A stretch of 64,000 nucleotides of DNA, taken from NCBI GenBank assembly GCA_964016885.1, contig OZ024742.1, positions 223,696,001 to 223,760,000 of the forward strand. The letters run 5' to 3'. The position numbers and the translations under genes were made by a program. Position 1 is the first letter of the stretch. Each line of letters opens with the position of its first letter. Below the pieces are notes generated by a model. The model was not told where the DNA came from. It searched no databases and saw nothing but the letters and a program-made list of their open reading frames with translations. The DNA comes from Eledone cirrhosa. Its lineage: Eukaryota. This document shows positions 37,401 to 52,409 of this stretch, piece after piece.

Positions 37401-40213
37401 ATGTGTATCAGTGCAGTTGTGAAAGACACTGTTGGATTGAGCAGCCAATGTTTCACTTTTATGAGCCCTGCTCTGAACTAGTTTCCTTCCAGCAATGGCC
37501 TTATTTTGTGATACACTCAAGTTATACTTTATACTTACGTACAGACAGTTATGGTAAGGATTATGTCCAGTAGGAGTTCCAAGGATCAATTGATTGATTA
37601 TGTCTAGTAGGTGATCTGAGGATCAACTGAAGGATCATGTCCAGTAAGCGCTCTGATCAATACCCCAAATACCCACCTCCCCAATCCCCACATACCTCTC
37701 CCACCAAAGTCCCCAGCCCACACTGTAAAGTGGTCATGATGGTGACACAACAAGCATTCAGTCCACACTGTAAAGTGGTTGTGATGGTGATACAACAAAA
37801 AACACCCAGCTCACACAAAAGGCACCCAGTACTCACTGTAAATGTGGTTGGTATCAGGAAGGACATCCAGCTGCAGAAACCAAGCCAAAATCAGTTCTGT
37901 ATGAGCAAGATATGGCACTTCTCACAACTAGACCATCTGTCTAACCCATGCTAGCATGGAAAAATAGATGTTAAACAGTGATGATGATGATGATGACGAT
38001 GAATGACTAGCCAGTCCTTTGTATCACATATTTCATCTGTCCTTGATTTGTAACTTCCATCAAAACCAGGATATTGAGCAATGCTGGATGGTTGTCTAAT
38101 TCAAAGGTTTATAGTATCTATATATAGAATTGTATTTTCACGGTTAAGGCTTTATCTCACATAATTATCTCATATAATATCAAATCTATGAGATTTTGAT
38201 ATTATTTATTTTGAGAAAAATACCTTAACGTCAGTATGAGTGGCTAGTTACGGCCAGTTTAAATAGAAAGGGTTGAGAGAATTCTGGCCGGATACAGCCA
38301 GTTTAAATGCTAAAGGATTAAACAAAAAACTTCAGTTTTAAATGTGATGCAGTCATAGTGCTGTTTCATGTGGTATAAATGATGTTAAGAGTTGATTGCT
38401 GAAAGTATCAGCTAAATACTAGGAGCCACTATAAACACCTTTCCTCTTCACCCCAAAATTACTGAATCCATTAAGTACAATTTGTAAGATTCTGTTTGCC
38501 ATTTTTCAATGTTGGTTTTCTTTGATTCTTCATTGGTGTTATTGTTGTTGATATTGGGCCCAACCATATTGTTTGTAGTGATCCTCTGTATGATGAATGC
38601 AGTCAGTGCTGCTTTTGTGCTTTTGAAGAATGTCTTGCTAATATGATTCCATGCCGTACAGGATGTTAATTAAGAGTCAATCAACACAAAAATAAAATTA
38701 GCTGTAAATAAATATTTGCAAGACTATCTGCAAAAAAATTATTTTCAAACAATTTTGGAAATAATCAAGATTTTGAAGGGAGTTAGTCATATAACTAACT
38801 TTTTTCATTAAGTTAGTGTTTGTAGTGGAAATATTTGAGATAAATAAAAATACAAACCTTTTCATTTCCACATTTCTAATATAAGAAATGATTGTTGAAT
38901 AATTTTAGTAATATAACTTTCTCATTAAGATGTCTAAACATAACTTAGTTTTCGACATAAAATCATGATTTTAGATAAATATATTTTAAACAAACAGTTT
39001 ATTCATCTATTTACCTTACTTTATTCTGCATCTATCTATCTATCTGCTTCTCTGTCAATACCAAACTGCCTGAATCCACAGTAAACAGATTTTGTTTGCG
39101 TCTGTGACTGTGTCCCATATCTTAGTGGTTCAACAAAAATGAGATCAATAAGATAAGTACTAGACTTGCATTATAATAAATAAAAGAATGTGTATTTATC
39201 TATATAAGAGAGATAGGTGAGTAAATAGATGTGTATATATACACATTAAAAACATCACTATAAATATACACATGCATATGTAAATAAAAGGAGTTCCTAT
39301 CATATTTTATAGGTGCTTTACTAAGGTCAGCATGATCACCTAAAATCACTTCAAGGTGGCGCCCCAGCATGGCCACTATCTAATAACTGAAATCAATAAA
39401 AGAATAAACCTGATTTCTAGCTTTAATGTACTAAACGCAGGGCTGCTATCTAATGACTGAAACTAGTAAAAGAGTAAGACGGGGAAAATGGTTTAACCCT
39501 TTAACATTTAAACTGGCTACTCATACTGATGTTAAGGTATTATTCTTAAGATAAATAATATCAACATCTCACAGATTCAATATTATGTGAGGTAAAACCT
39601 TTACCATGAAACTATAATAGTAAATATAGAGTAATGCAAATGCTAAAGGGTTAAACCAGTATTGATTTTAAAAGTGTATTTATAAAGTTTTGTTAGAGTT
39701 AAAAAAATACTAAAATTCAAGGGAAAATAAACAAATTATAGCAGTTTGTATCTACATGTACTGCATAAAATGTTAAAACAGCAGAAAACTAGTGTCTATA
39801 ACTTATATAATTATATATATAAACTTATATAAATACACATATCTATCTATCTATATATATTAATAGGAACAATTACCAAGTACACTCAGTAAAGAGGTTG
39901 GTGACAGGAGGAACATCCAGCCATAGAAAAACTGCCAAACATAGGGTCAGGAAAACTCTTCAGCTGTGTCAAAGACATGGCAACTTCCCTAGTGTTGGTG
40001 CCATGATAAAATGTACTTAGTTGAGTGCGGGATCATATGTGGGGCCTCTGGCTCACCTAGAGGTCAAAGGCTCTGCTTGAGCACTGACCAGTCTGTCTCA
40101 AAAAGCTCAAGCCTTGCTAGCAGGGAAAATGGACATTAAACGATGATGAACAATATGTAGAGATGTAGAGATATATATATAAAATAAGAACAAAGTGGAT
40201 TTACTGAACTTTA

Positions 40214-40247
<34 letters not shown>

Positions 40248-41455
40248 TATATGAATTTATAACTGTATATTTAAAGTATAGAGATAACTAAGACTGTGGG
40301 AATGTGTATGTAAATTTACATGAGTATTTAGACATATAAACATACCAAATTCATATATTTTCCTATAAATTTAAAAAAAAATTTTTTTTTTTACTTCACT
40401 CTAATTTTCACTCATTTATTTCTAACTTGCATTGGACTGGCTTTTCCAAAACAAACCTAACCACATATTTCAGAACACTTATTATTATAAACTAAACTTT
40501 CAGATTATTATTAGTTTTAATTTACCCTAACCCCCTACACGTTTTTTATTACTTAAACTTAAAGAAAACAAGCAGATCATCAAATTGAATCAATGAAACA
40601 ATGTTTCCATAAGTCTTTCTATTACAGATACTACCTGCCAGTTGCAACTCCTGGTAAAAGGAGCCATGTGAAATAAAGTATTTTATTCAAGAACAGAACA
40701 CACTGCCTGGCCCAGAAATCAAACCCACAACCTTATGATCGTGAATCCAAGCCCGTAACCATTTGGCCACATGCCTTATAAGAAAAATCAAAAATACTTA
40801 CATAATAACTTCTTTTAAATTAAGTTTATGAATTATTTTTAAACAAGTTAAAATTAATAAATCAAGGAATGGAAAGATAGTTAAAAAAATTGTTTGTAAT
40901 TATATTTTTTTAAATATAATGGAGATTGGTAATTATCATAAGTCACACCTCAATTTTACATATATTTACAATGTACCAGATATTTTGAACTGAGATTTTG
41001 TTGGTCTAGATGTCAGATGCTGGTTTTTAACGTATGTTTGTGGGAAAAGGTGCGACATACACAAATATATATGGTGTGTGTGTATGTGAGTGTATATAAA
41101 CACACAACATATACACCTGTATATAAGTCACATCTCTATTTTACGCACAACATTTACAATGTACCATATATTTTGAATTGAGGTTTTATAGGGTAGAGTA
41201 AATAAAGTCACACTGGTTTTTCATATATTTTTGAGGGGAAAAAGTACAACATATACATATTTATATATACACACCATATATACTTGCATATAAAAGGTGT
41301 GATGTATGCAGGAGTATATAAGTTGTGTTAAATGTGATGACGAAAAAGAGTTTGTTAGATGATAAAACGCAAAATTCACTTAACGGATATATAGAATTAA
41401 TTAAATATCAATATCTGGTTAACTAAACACTAAATCTATATTCCTGCAATTGACA

Positions 41456-41518
41456 CAACACGTAAACAGAGAGGAGTAGTTTGACTACCTCATACTACTC
41501 CTCTCTGTTTACATGTTG
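41456..41518. repeat. ~63-bp hairpin
   Basis: caacacgtaaacagagaggagtagt / actactcctctctgtttacatgttg. Confidence 0.8.
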
Positions 41519-41747
41519 CCTGCGTGAATGTGACTAAAAAGATGGGGGGGAGGGGGTATAGCAAAATAGCAGCTGACGTTCCATTTGTTATGATGTGTAT
41601 ATGTTTGTGTGAATGTGTCTGTGAGTGTGTAATTTTGTAAGAGTGTTTGTTTGCACGTTTATATTTATATACTCATACATATAAATGTATGCATATGCAT
41701 ATACACACACACGTGTGTTAGCGTGTTGAAAAAGAACCTAGTTTAAA

Positions 41748-41901
41748 AAATTTGAAATGTAGTCATCCCAACGTAAATGAATATTATAATAGTCAATCAC
41801 TTTCTTCCATCCCCAGCAATACCTTGCTTGATTTTCTCAGGTATTATTTATTGCGATTGACTATTATAATAGTTATTTCGAGATGACTATATTTCAAATT
41901 T
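41748..41901. repeat. Imperfect inverted repeat or MITE
   Basis: aaatttgaaatgtagtcatc...ttataatagtcaatc mirrored by gattgactattataa...gatgactatatttcaaattt. Confidence 0.7.
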
Positions 41902-41997
41902 CAATTAAATATTAATTAGCTATATTAATGCAATTTAGAAAATATTTCTACACTTCCTTCACTGACTGGAAAGGATTATCACAAATTTTGAAATAAA

Positions 41998-42033
<36 letters not shown>

Positions 42034-42036
<3 letters not shown>

Positions 42037-42131
42037 GGTGTCCCTAAAAATGTATACACTTTGATTACCTGTACAGACAATATTTATTAGAATGATGTTG
42101 AAGTGTGTATACATTTTTGGGAGACACCCTG
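42034..42131. mobile_element. 98-bp mariner-type MITE (CAGGGTGT TIRs)
   Basis: cagggtgtccctaaaaatgtatacact ... tgtgtatacatttttgggagacaccctg, within (TA)n. Confidence 0.82.
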
Positions 42132-42149
42132 TATATATATATATAAAGT

Positions 42150-42642
42150 ATAATTGTCAGAAGTAATAAAACACTTGGATAATCTACCATACTCTGAACG
42201 CTTTGCTTCCCTGGGCATGGATACATTGAAGCTCCGACGTCTGGCAACTGACTTGGTAAACACCCACAAAATTATTAACCATCTTGCCAACAACAACCCT
42301 GATCACCTTTTTGATTTCCATGTGTCTAACACACATGGGCATGCCTATAAAGTCAGAAAACAGCACAGCTCCCATGACTTTCGGAAACATTTTTTCACGC
42401 TCAGAGTTGCTGAAGCTTGGAACTACCTGCATCAGTTGTTAGCTGTCGAGACACTGCATCCTTTAATACCTCCATGCTTCCTGAAATTCGCCAACACTAC
42501 ACCTAATATTCCCCCTCCATACACATGCATATCATGACTCATACACTATTCACTTCCCTAAAATTTGTATATTATTCTATGCACTTTTGATGAGTTGTAG
42601 TGCACCTGAGCACTTTACACAATAATTTCATTATTATTATTA
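42150..42642 (+). mobile_element. CR1-group LINE 3' end
   Basis: LPYSERFASLG..TLKLRRLATDL..HKII...THGHAYKV...RKHFFTLRVAEAWN, (ATT)n tail. Confidence 0.88.
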
Positions 42643-42999
42643 TCATAAGAAAAAATATAAAACATTGTAATTTGAATCTAGAGCTTTCATCGTTTATGAA
42701 ACTAACCAAGATATAAAGTTAGTTGTTAAAAGGGTAGTCCATGGAAGAGCTAATATTTATTAATCACATATATTACATGATAGCTAACCAATGGTTTCCA
42801 CACCCCAACTAGAAACTTACATGATGTGGTTAGCACCTGTCTATACTAACCTCATCATATAAGACTCCTGTTGGAGAGTGAAACCAATGTTAATTTATTT
42901 TTTAATATCCTGTATATCATGCATACATTTATACATCTTCAAAAACGTAGACACACATGAATTTTGAGGTTCAGCACCCAGACACCACTGGATCCCTCT

Positions 43000-43545
43000 C
43001 TCTACTCGACTTTGCACTAAGAATCACAAAGGAGGGATCCATATAGACCAAATTTTATAAAAAAGATATCAGGAGAGACATTTTTTGTTTCACCATGACT
43101 CTGCTCTTGCCTACAGAGCCAAAATACAGAATGAGATCTCCCAGATACCAAAAAGATGCAGCCAGGGTAGTGACAAACATACTAGCACAGTGGAAATCCA
43201 AGAGTTCTCACCGAGAATGGCTACCCTATTTCTCTCACCAAATACCAAAATGCCAAGGCAGTAACACTTAAAAGGTCAAGGACATGCACTCCCAGAGGTA
43301 ATATATGCTGCCATCAGACAAGCCATCCACAGGGAGGGCCTGAATATACAGCTGCTGCATTCAGGACCTTCAAGGAGACTGCTCCTGGCACTAACCTACA
43401 TATGGTATGTGGACACTTCCTAATTGCTTCATCAACAATGCAGAAATGTGTATTTGGTGTAAAAGGTCATGTAGAAATGTAGCTCCTCATACATTGGAAG
43501 TACCATCAACAAGAGTTTCTGTAAAAACATCTTGACAGATGCTGC
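43000..43545 (+). mobile_element. Highly degenerate Penelope-like remnant
   Basis: NGYP-like segment at ~43217 and CSSSYIGST-like segment at ~43478, with many frameshifts. Confidence 0.5.
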
Positions 43546-43890
43546 AGTTAAGACAGAGGCGACAGAAAGGAATAAGGGGATTTATGAATCAATGAGGCCG
43601 GCCGTTATCAAGAAAAAAAACAGATAAATAATAGATTGGAAATGCACAAAACAGATTGATTATTACCGCAACTTCACGCATGCGTATTTCAGGCACGTAG
43701 ACCAGTTAAGGAAGAATGCATTGAGTTTCATTTTTGTTTTGAAGTGTTTACGTTTCACATATCACATTGAAATATAATGGGTAAAACATTTATTTTGTTT
43801 TGTCTTATTTGTCATCCTTTGCCTGTTATATATTTCTACTGCTTTGGACTGGCTTCTCAAAACTTAGTTATATATATAATGTAATAAATG

Positions 43891-44420
43891 ACTATCAGTG
43901 GTACCCGGCATTGCACGGGATAAGGTATTTTGGAACGCGGGCCGCCAATAGACCTAAAAACTGCATGCCTGGACAATATGTAAAGAAAATAAACCGAATA
44001 CTCTGATGGCTGGATAATCTTTAAGATTTTCCTCGATGAAGCAGGAAAAATGCAGGTTTTCACCTAATGCAGGCCCTAGGGGATCAAGAAAAAATTGGTT
44101 GAGTACTTCTCGAGTTTTAGGGATTCAAACTCACATCCTCAAGGAAGTGACGTAATGCAGAGACAGATATTATAAGGGCGCAACGTTATAAGTATGTATC
44201 TATCTAAAAAGAAAAAGACTAAGAATTATAGAGCTTAATCGCCTAATGTGGTCCCTGGGGCATGGAAAATTTGAAATTTGAAATTTTGCTCAGAACACTC
44301 CTTGAAACATAAGTATTAGATGTGTAAAGTTTGAATACAGTCGGTTGGGTGGTTCTCGAGTTTTAGGGATTCGAACTCACACACACACAGACAGACATCC
44401 TCAGTTTTATATATATAGAT
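43891..44420 (+). mobile_element. Non-autonomous Helitron/Helentron-type (Lep1/HINE-like) element
   Basis: 5' ACTA...CCCGGCATTGCACGGG hairpin and 3' ACAGACAGAC...TTTTATATATATAGAT end. Confidence 0.7.
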
Positions 44421-44536
44421 ATAGTCTAATAATGGGGCATATAAACCCACTGAACGGAAAAAGATGGGTATCAGCACACATGGTATACCCAGCTTTGTTC
44501 TGTTCAGTGGGTTTATATGCCCCATTATTAGACTAT
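44421..44536. mobile_element. 116-bp foldback MITE
   Basis: atagtctaataatggggcatataaacccactgaac is perfectly inverted at the right end. Confidence 0.85.
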
Positions 44537-45720
44537 AATATAATCAAAAATATTAATTTAGAAAAAACATTTCTAGGGAAATGATAAAAAATCTTTTTTT
44601 TTTTAATATTTCGTTTTTCTTGCTGGAAATGAAAAAAATAGTTAAATTGTCAGATAAAATTAGCTGTAATAGTGTGGAAAATGTTTTAATGGAGTAGTCT
44701 TAAAATAACAATTAAACAAACTTAAATTTAATTAAAATTTTCATATATATATATATATATGTGAACATTGGTTTACTTAAGAAACAATGAGAACATTTAA
44801 AATTTGAAGTACACTTTTTCCTATCTGTAGGGATATTTTATTCTATTATTTAAAGTAATTCACTAGTTATAATCATTTACATTTGGATGATTACATTTCA
44901 AATTCCATATACACATATAAATTCAAATGTTTCCTACACTAATAAACTCTCATTTTGTTGTTCATTGTAATTATCATAGTTATAAGTATCATCTAATAAT
45001 ATTTATTTCAACCATCATGGGTTCCTAACATTTTTATTACCAAAGACCTCATTCACTGAACATGTTTTATACTAAACCACACCTGCTTCTATGATACTAC
45101 AGTTTATTTTAACGTGTTTATGTTTACCTGAGAAACCTCCCATCATGATTTTATGTAAAAACTTTTATACTCAAACAGCTGGGCAATGAGAAAGTTACTT
45201 GAACTTTTGAATTTAGTTCAAGAATTCAAGGAACTCTAATACTTCTTATTCAAACTTCAGTTTAGTTAGAAAATGAACAGAATGTAAAAAGTAACTAAAT
45301 ACTCCAAAGTATCCAACACTCTAGCAATTCTGCCACCCCACCATTCTCAAACAAGTTTGATAATTAGAAGTTATATTACTAAATCTCTCCAAATTCTTGA
45401 TTATTTATCAAAATTACTTGAAAATCATAGGCAGCATCTATTATTAGAAATATGGTAATGAAAGGGATAAAAGAGTTAATCTCTGTGAGCAATCTGAAGA
45501 GGCTCATTTAAGCTAAAACTTTGAAGTCACTGTCACCTTTTGCTTCAAAAAAATTAAGCCGATACTCTCACGTATTCAGTGCTCAGTCAATTAATGTTTG
45601 ATGGCTTCTGTACACATATATTTAGGGATTGTAATGTCAAGTTACTGTAGGTTCACCAAAGTGAGCACTCGAAGTGTAGTCTCCAGTTTGTATTTTGGGG
45701 TTGTATTATACAGAGTTTAA

Positions 45721-45985
45721 TAATATGAACAAGGTGTCAAATTTTCATTACATTTATTGAGGTAGGACACGAGTTTCAAAATTGTTCAGCTCAAGGTTCG
45801 ACCTGCGTTGATCAGGCTTGATTCTGGAATCAAAAGGTCATCAGACCTCTGTTAGTGTAATGATGGAATGATTCCTGTACAGCGTTAAGAAAATATATAT
45901 CTAGATATATATTTGTAACCTTGAGCCGATCAATCGTGTCACACCTCAATAAATGTAATGAAAATTTGACACCTTGTCCATATTA
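45721..45985. mobile_element. ~265-bp MITE with ~50-bp TIRs
   Basis: taatatgaacaaggtgtcaaattttcattacatttattgaggt versus acctcaataaatgtaatgaaaatttgacaccttgtccatatta. Confidence 0.8.
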
Positions 45986-46303
45986 TTATCATCATATATA
46001 CACACATATTCATGATATATACATATATCTATATACACACATATATATATATACACATTTATATACACACCTATGTATATATAAACACGTGTATAAATAT
46101 ATACACATACATATACATACACACATGTATGTATGTATGTATAGGCTGTTACTATTTCATGACTAAAACTATATATCAATTTAATACTTCATACTTTAAG
46201 GAAAGTAGAGTGTAAATATTATAAAACATAAGTTCTATGGCCATTTCAATGGTTTAAGTATGATAAACCATGTGTCATATAATATATACACATTTATGTG
46301 TGT

Positions 46304-46351
<48 letters not shown>

Positions 46352-46954
46352 TTTAATAGTAAATATGAATGAACTAGAGGAACGGGTGTATAATTTTATA
46401 CAACTTTATTTGAAGAAAATTTTAACGGCCATGAAATATATTTTTTTTTAATTTAGAAATAAAGATTATCATTATTATTAAACTTTAAAAAAAAAAGTCA
46501 TTTATTTTTTTTCCGATGGAAAAAAAAGAGGAAGACGGAGGAAAAAAAAAAGAAAGAAAAAAGTGTCAAAGAGTTTCCAAATGGGGGAGATATCAATATA
46601 TTTATTCATCTCATTTTGCCTCCAGAGAGAAATAAAAACAACACAAACGAAACAAACAAACAGACAGGGTTTCAATACATTCACCACCTGAAAAAAAAAA
46701 AAAACTCAGATTTGTTTTTTCCAGACTCAACAAACATTCCAGAATAATATGGCTGAATGGTTAAGGAGTATGCTACTTTAGAAACCACATCGGTTCCAGG
46801 GCTCTCAGTTTCATCTCCACACCGCTGCTCAGTGGCACCTTTGGGCAAGTATCTTTCTGTCATCAACTATATAGCCTCAGGTTGACCAATACCTTGGGGC
46901 AGGTGGAATTAACTTGGTAAACTTTAACTGTGTACACATGCATCATGTGTATAC

Positions 46955-46996
<42 letters not shown>

Positions 46997-48655
46997 ATAT
47001 GTGCATGTGTTTACATTTACTGTTTTTTCTGTCCTGTAACTTTGTGGCTCCACAAAAGAGCAATCGTTAAATTATGTATCAGACTTGAAAAAAAAGAAAA
47101 AACAGGTACTGAGGTTGATTTGATTGACTAAATCCCTTTCAAGGCTGTGCCTCAGCAAGGTTGCAGTCTAATGAATGAAACAAATAAAAAAAAAACAATT
47201 TACACACCACACCACCATTATCATAGACTCAAAGACAGGGAGATGAATAATAATCAATGAAACTTGAACCATTTTAGAATTCACTCTTCTAACTGCATTT
47301 TTTCTTCAAACGATTGATTTGATTATATATATACTCTATATAAAGTACTATATACACACACACACAAAGTATGTATATGTGTCTGTATGTATATATACAC
47401 ACGCGCATAGATATAAAGTATGTGTGTGCGTGTGTGTATATAAAGTACTTTATATATATAGTGTGTGTGTGTGAGTGTACACACACATATATATGTATAT
47501 ATATAGTACTTAATTTGGCTTTTCTTCTTGGAGGGATATAGGAGGTTTTTAACTAGACCAAACCAGTTAGTATTAATTATACAGAAATGCAATGTTTTGT
47601 ATTGTATTGTAATGTTTTGTATTGTATTGTATAATATTACGAAGAAACAATCCATTATAAATATAAAAAATAAATTAAAGACAAATCTTTTTTTAAAAAA
47701 AAAACAAAAAAAAACAGAAAAAACATTATTTAAAACAGCAAAAGTTATTATTTCATTATTATTATCATTAATGAGAAAATGTTATCAAAATATGGTTTGT
47801 GTAGAGAGAATCCTGTCACAAAAGCAAAAAAACAAACAAGCACATACAAATACAGAGACGTTTGGCTCAATTTTTATTAATAATTCTAGTTTTTTATCAA
47901 TAGTAAAATTGGTATCACTCATTTATACAGATTTTTTTTTTGTGTTTTTTTTTCCAACAGAAACCCCTGCTCCAATATTTTCTAGTCAAGCACACATTTT
48001 TTTTTATTATTTTTTTTTTTTTGGTTGTTGAAAAGAGTAAGATAAAAGACTTTGAGAGTATTTATGTTAATTTTTTGGAAGAGGGAAGGGGGGAAGAGAG
48101 AGAAAGACAGAGAGAGATAGTGGGAGAGAGAGGGGAAGAGAAAAAAAATATTAAAGCTAGCAGACTGAAACGATGAATTGATATGATTTTTCTTTGATTA
48201 GATGACTGCTAGCTGGGCCAGCAGCAGCAGTGGAAATATTTCCAAAACATATACATAGGCATGGCTACCATATATATAGCTGAGCCATAAAAAATGGACA
48301 TTAAGAAATTGTTATGTGTTGTTACAGATAACAGAAGGAAGGATTTTGGCAGCATTCCTCAATCTAAAATAAATGTTTATTATATTGATCACATTATTTT
48401 TCCCAATACTCTTTACAATAGCCCTTACCCAAAGGCTATTTTGTCATAAAAAAGCCTTCCGATAATTATAGTGGGTGAATTGCATCTCAGTATTTCACAA
48501 AAATACTCAGTCTTCTCCATGCTGTGTAGGTAAATTAGTCGCCTGAAGAAAGCAGAACACCATTTTTTTCATCTTACTGGGCTTTAACAGTTGATACCAT
48601 CTCAATGGTAAATTTTTGAAGCTCTAGATAACTGTGTAATGATGCTGTCTCTTTG

Positions 48656-48829
48656 CTAAGATGGTAACAGATCAAAGTCATCATTCACTTGTACCATTGG
48701 TACATGGAGATCATCAACAACAGGCATATTGTTCAAGTCTGAAACTTCCTTCATTTTCCACTCCCAATCCATCTTTTGGACTGCAAATAAGGATTCAGCT
48801 TCGTGGTGGTGCCTCAGCAACAACAATTC
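48656..48829 (-). CDS. ANKRD11/12: ANKRD11/12-like terminal exon (ELLLLRHHHEAESLFAVQKMDWEWK...VPMVQVNDDFDLLPS*)
   Basis: 58 codons including TAG. HEAxxLxAVQxMxW and VPMVxVNDDFxLLP terminal motifs. Confidence 0.96.
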   Translation of the reverse strand, partial: ELLLLRHHHEAESLFAVQKMDWEWKMKEVSDLNNMPVVDDLHVPMVQVNDDFDLLPS

Positions 48830-49354
48830 CTATACACAAAACAGAAATTTACAATTTTACAGAAATAATGTGACAAATGGACTGACAATTCATTAATTCA
48901 AATGAAAAAAAGCTCATACCTATTATAGGTTTAGATAGCCTCTAAATAGATTGCATCTCGTAGGAAGCTTCTTAGGTGTTTTAATGATAGGGACGCCAGT
49001 GTAGCTGTTATAGCTCACACTTAAATAAGTCTAACTAGACTCCTACAAGGTTGTATCTTTCACTTTAACCCTTTAGCATTTAAACTGGCCATATCCATTA
49101 ACCCTAACCCTTCAAAATAAATAATATCAAAATCTCATAGGTTCGATGTTATGTGAGATAATTATGTGAAATAAAGCTTTTACCAAGAAAATAGAATAGT
49201 ATATATAGAGTAATATAAATGCTAAAGGGTTAAATAAATAATTTTGAATTGTAGAACCAAGGGCAGATTCAGGTGGGTTGCTATTAAAAAGGTTAAAACA
49301 ACTGACATGGAGGTAGCCACAAAGACAATAAAAGAGAAAATAAGATGAACTCAC

Positions 49355-49450
49355 CTTTATTTTATCATATTTATCACCAACATCTTGAATCCAGGAAATA
49401 AACTGTCTGCCATTGTAACGTGATCGTACATTTTTCTCTCTTTCTTCTAC
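49355..49450 (-). CDS. ANKRD11/12: ANKRD11/12-like exon (VEEREKNVRSRYNGRQFISWIQDVGDKYDKIK)
   Basis: 32 codons, GTGAGT donor, RQFISWxQDVxDKYD motif. Confidence 0.96.
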
Positions 49451-50739
49451 CTAGAAATGTGATGGCAGAAAATACAAATATATAATTTTATTATACATCC
49501 AGCCGTGGAAACCATGCCAAAGGAAGGTTTAAGGCGTGTCAAGAACAGGACAACCTCTCTAGTGCCAGTACCACAATAAAATGTACTCAGTATATTCTAA
49601 AGTGTTTGGTGATAGGAAGGGTATCCAACAGTACAAACCATGCAAAAGCTGGAACATATGTAAGCAAGATGTAGGAGCACTAGGACCATCGAGGTGGACA
49701 GTAACTGATTAAGTACTGACTTGACCTGTGACAACCGGTCCAATCCATGCCAACATAGGAAAACAGGTGTTAAATGACAATGATGACATATGATTATATA
49801 TCTGGCAAAATAAAACATGCTAAATCACTCAGGTAGTGTAGCAATATCATGGTGGAGCAATATCATCAACTACTGCTACGAGGACTAGGAGGTTCTTGGA
49901 AAAAACTGTAGAGGTATCAAAGTGATGAATCAAGTTACGAAAGTAACAAACAGTTATTGCACAAATAATTAGAAAGAAAATTAGCTTAAATGAGATATAA
50001 TTTTGCATCCGTATAAATAGGAACTTTATAGTGTATCAAATATAAACTATGGTTATACAACTGATCCAATGGGATCACAAGGCAGTCTGATTTAGAAGGA
50101 ACTTGTATGTAACAGCAGTATGAACATCAATGTAATAAATTCCTTCAAATACTCAAATGGCTCCCCAGATGTCGCTGACAGCTACACAAGTGACCTAATA
50201 AAAAAAAAAGCTGTGATGCTGGATGTTGTGAAAGTATCGTAGTCAGAGTAAGAATGTGGTGGAAAAGGTTTTAAAAGTTATTTCTAGTGTCCAAAATTTT
50301 ATTTATAAAAAATGCAAGGGAGGTAACTCAGCATGAACGACGAGACTACCACTTTGTAGTGCCAAAATAAAATGCACTCAGTTGCACTCTGTAAAGTGCT
50401 TGGCGTTCATAATGACATCGAACTATAGAAATGAAACCATTGCAAAAATGGAACAGGTTAGTAAAACTTGAACTCTAACGATCCATCCATTGCATGATAA
50501 CATGGAAAAATAGATGTCAGATGATGATAGGAAGTATAGATTAATGCTTCTCAACTTTTTTTTTATTTTACTCTCTACTTAGATTTTCTGAAAAAAAAAA
50601 GAAGTGTCCCATATATTCATCTCTAGCATAGTATATAGTACAGTGTATATGCTTCACGTTCCACCTTGATAAACACTTCTTTGACCAATGAATTTGATGT
50701 GGAGGATCTTAGGTTGGATTGGAGCCCACAGATGTTAAG

Positions 50740-51420
50740 GAAAACAAGGGAGAATTAGCCAGAGGGTTCAGTTTTAGTTTACGCAAGAGATGTAGTAGAC
50801 TAACAGAAAAGGTAAACTTTCTATATGGGAGATGCCCAAAGATAGTTCGTAGTAAGAGTCCTAGTATAATAAACTTTCTCCAATTCGAGGAAGACTCCAT
50901 GGTTGAAGCCCTTCGTTATCTAGGTGACTTAATTATCAGTGGAAGCATAGTAGCCAGACTAAGAATAGACTGGAAAAGGTTCAAGAAGCTATTACTTCTG
51001 TTAAAAATAAAATGTTTCTCTATGAATAAAAGGATGGTTGTATAATGCTTGTGTGCAAAGTTCTATGTTGCATGAAAGTGAGGATATACAAGGGCCGAAG
51101 AGAAATGAAGCGAGTATGCTTTGATGGATGTGTGATGTTAATGTTCATGAATGAGCTAAGAGAAATAATGCATAGAAGAGGAATAAAATGTAGAGTTCGA
51201 GAGAAGACAGCGTTGGTATGGACACATGATGTGTGTGAATGATGATCATCGGGTAAAAAATTGCCAGGGCTTCACAGTGGAAGGAAGCTGCAGTAAAGAA
51301 AGACAAAGGAAGAACTGGACAGAAGTGGTGAGATAAGATTTCTAAATGCTGAACCTCATAGTAGAGATGATAAAGGACGCAACAAATGGAGTAAAGTTAT
51401 GTTCGAAAAGATATGATGAA
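50740..51420 (+). mobile_element. Old degenerate RTE LINE fragment
   Basis: LRYLGDLI...ARLRIDWKRFKKLLLLL, homologous to the post-PHD region of the intact ORF. Confidence 0.8.
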
Positions 51421-52409
51421 GGAACTGTAGATGGGGTTGGCTTGTTATGAACACTTGGTAATTCCCTGCTTGTAAAAACAAACTCAGTTCATAGGGTGTA
51501 CCTCTTTTAAACTGGATACACACAAAAGAAAATGACCTAATGATGAATGACCTAGGCAAACATGGAAAACAGGAGTTTCACAATGATCATCATGTACTCC
51601 CCTCTCATTCATGATGCTTAGAAAGCTGAAAAACTCAATATTATACTGCCAAGCACATCCTCGCTCTCTTCAAGGCCACCTCCACGACATGTTGCTTAGT
51701 CTACCCCAATGCTGGTACTATAACAAAAAGCACCCAGTCCACCCTCTGAGGTGGTAGCAGTGATGCCACAATAATAAGCATCCCATCCACCCTCTAAGGT
51801 AATAGTGTTGGTGCCATGTTGAAATGCTCCCAGTACACGGTGTAAAGTGGCATCCAGCCACAGAAACAAACCCAAAACAACATATGAGCAAGACATGGTT
51901 ACTTGACCTATCTAACATCAAAACATAACCCATCTAACCCATGCAAGCAGTGAAAATAGACATTGAACAGTGTTGATTATATATACACAGAAGACCATGG
52001 ATACAGGCTGAAGATGAAGCATACATATAATATGCACCACCCCACCTACACATCTCCCATGAGGACAAGTTGAAGTATACATCCAATGAAGCCTCCAGCC
52101 CACACTGTAAAGTGGTTGTGTAGATGTCATGGCAAAAAGCACCCAGCCAACACTGTAATGTGGTCGTGTAGCACCCAGTACTCAGTGTAAATGAGGTTCG
52201 CACTAGGAAGGGCATCCAGTTGTAGAAACCAAGCCAAAAATTGTTTCTGTATGAGCATGACATGATCACCTGACCTAGCATTGGTCACAACAGGATAATT
52301 CATCTAACCCATGCCAGCATAGAAAAATGGATGTTAAATGGTGATGATGATTATATACATATATGTATATATACACACACACATATACATATAGATTTGA
52401 TTTTTATAT

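Noticed and set aside
46500-46690. Minus-strand acceptor (T-tract-CAG) as an additional coding exon
   Set aside because: Only low-complexity short frames follow. It could be UTR, but nothing in the sequence supports that.
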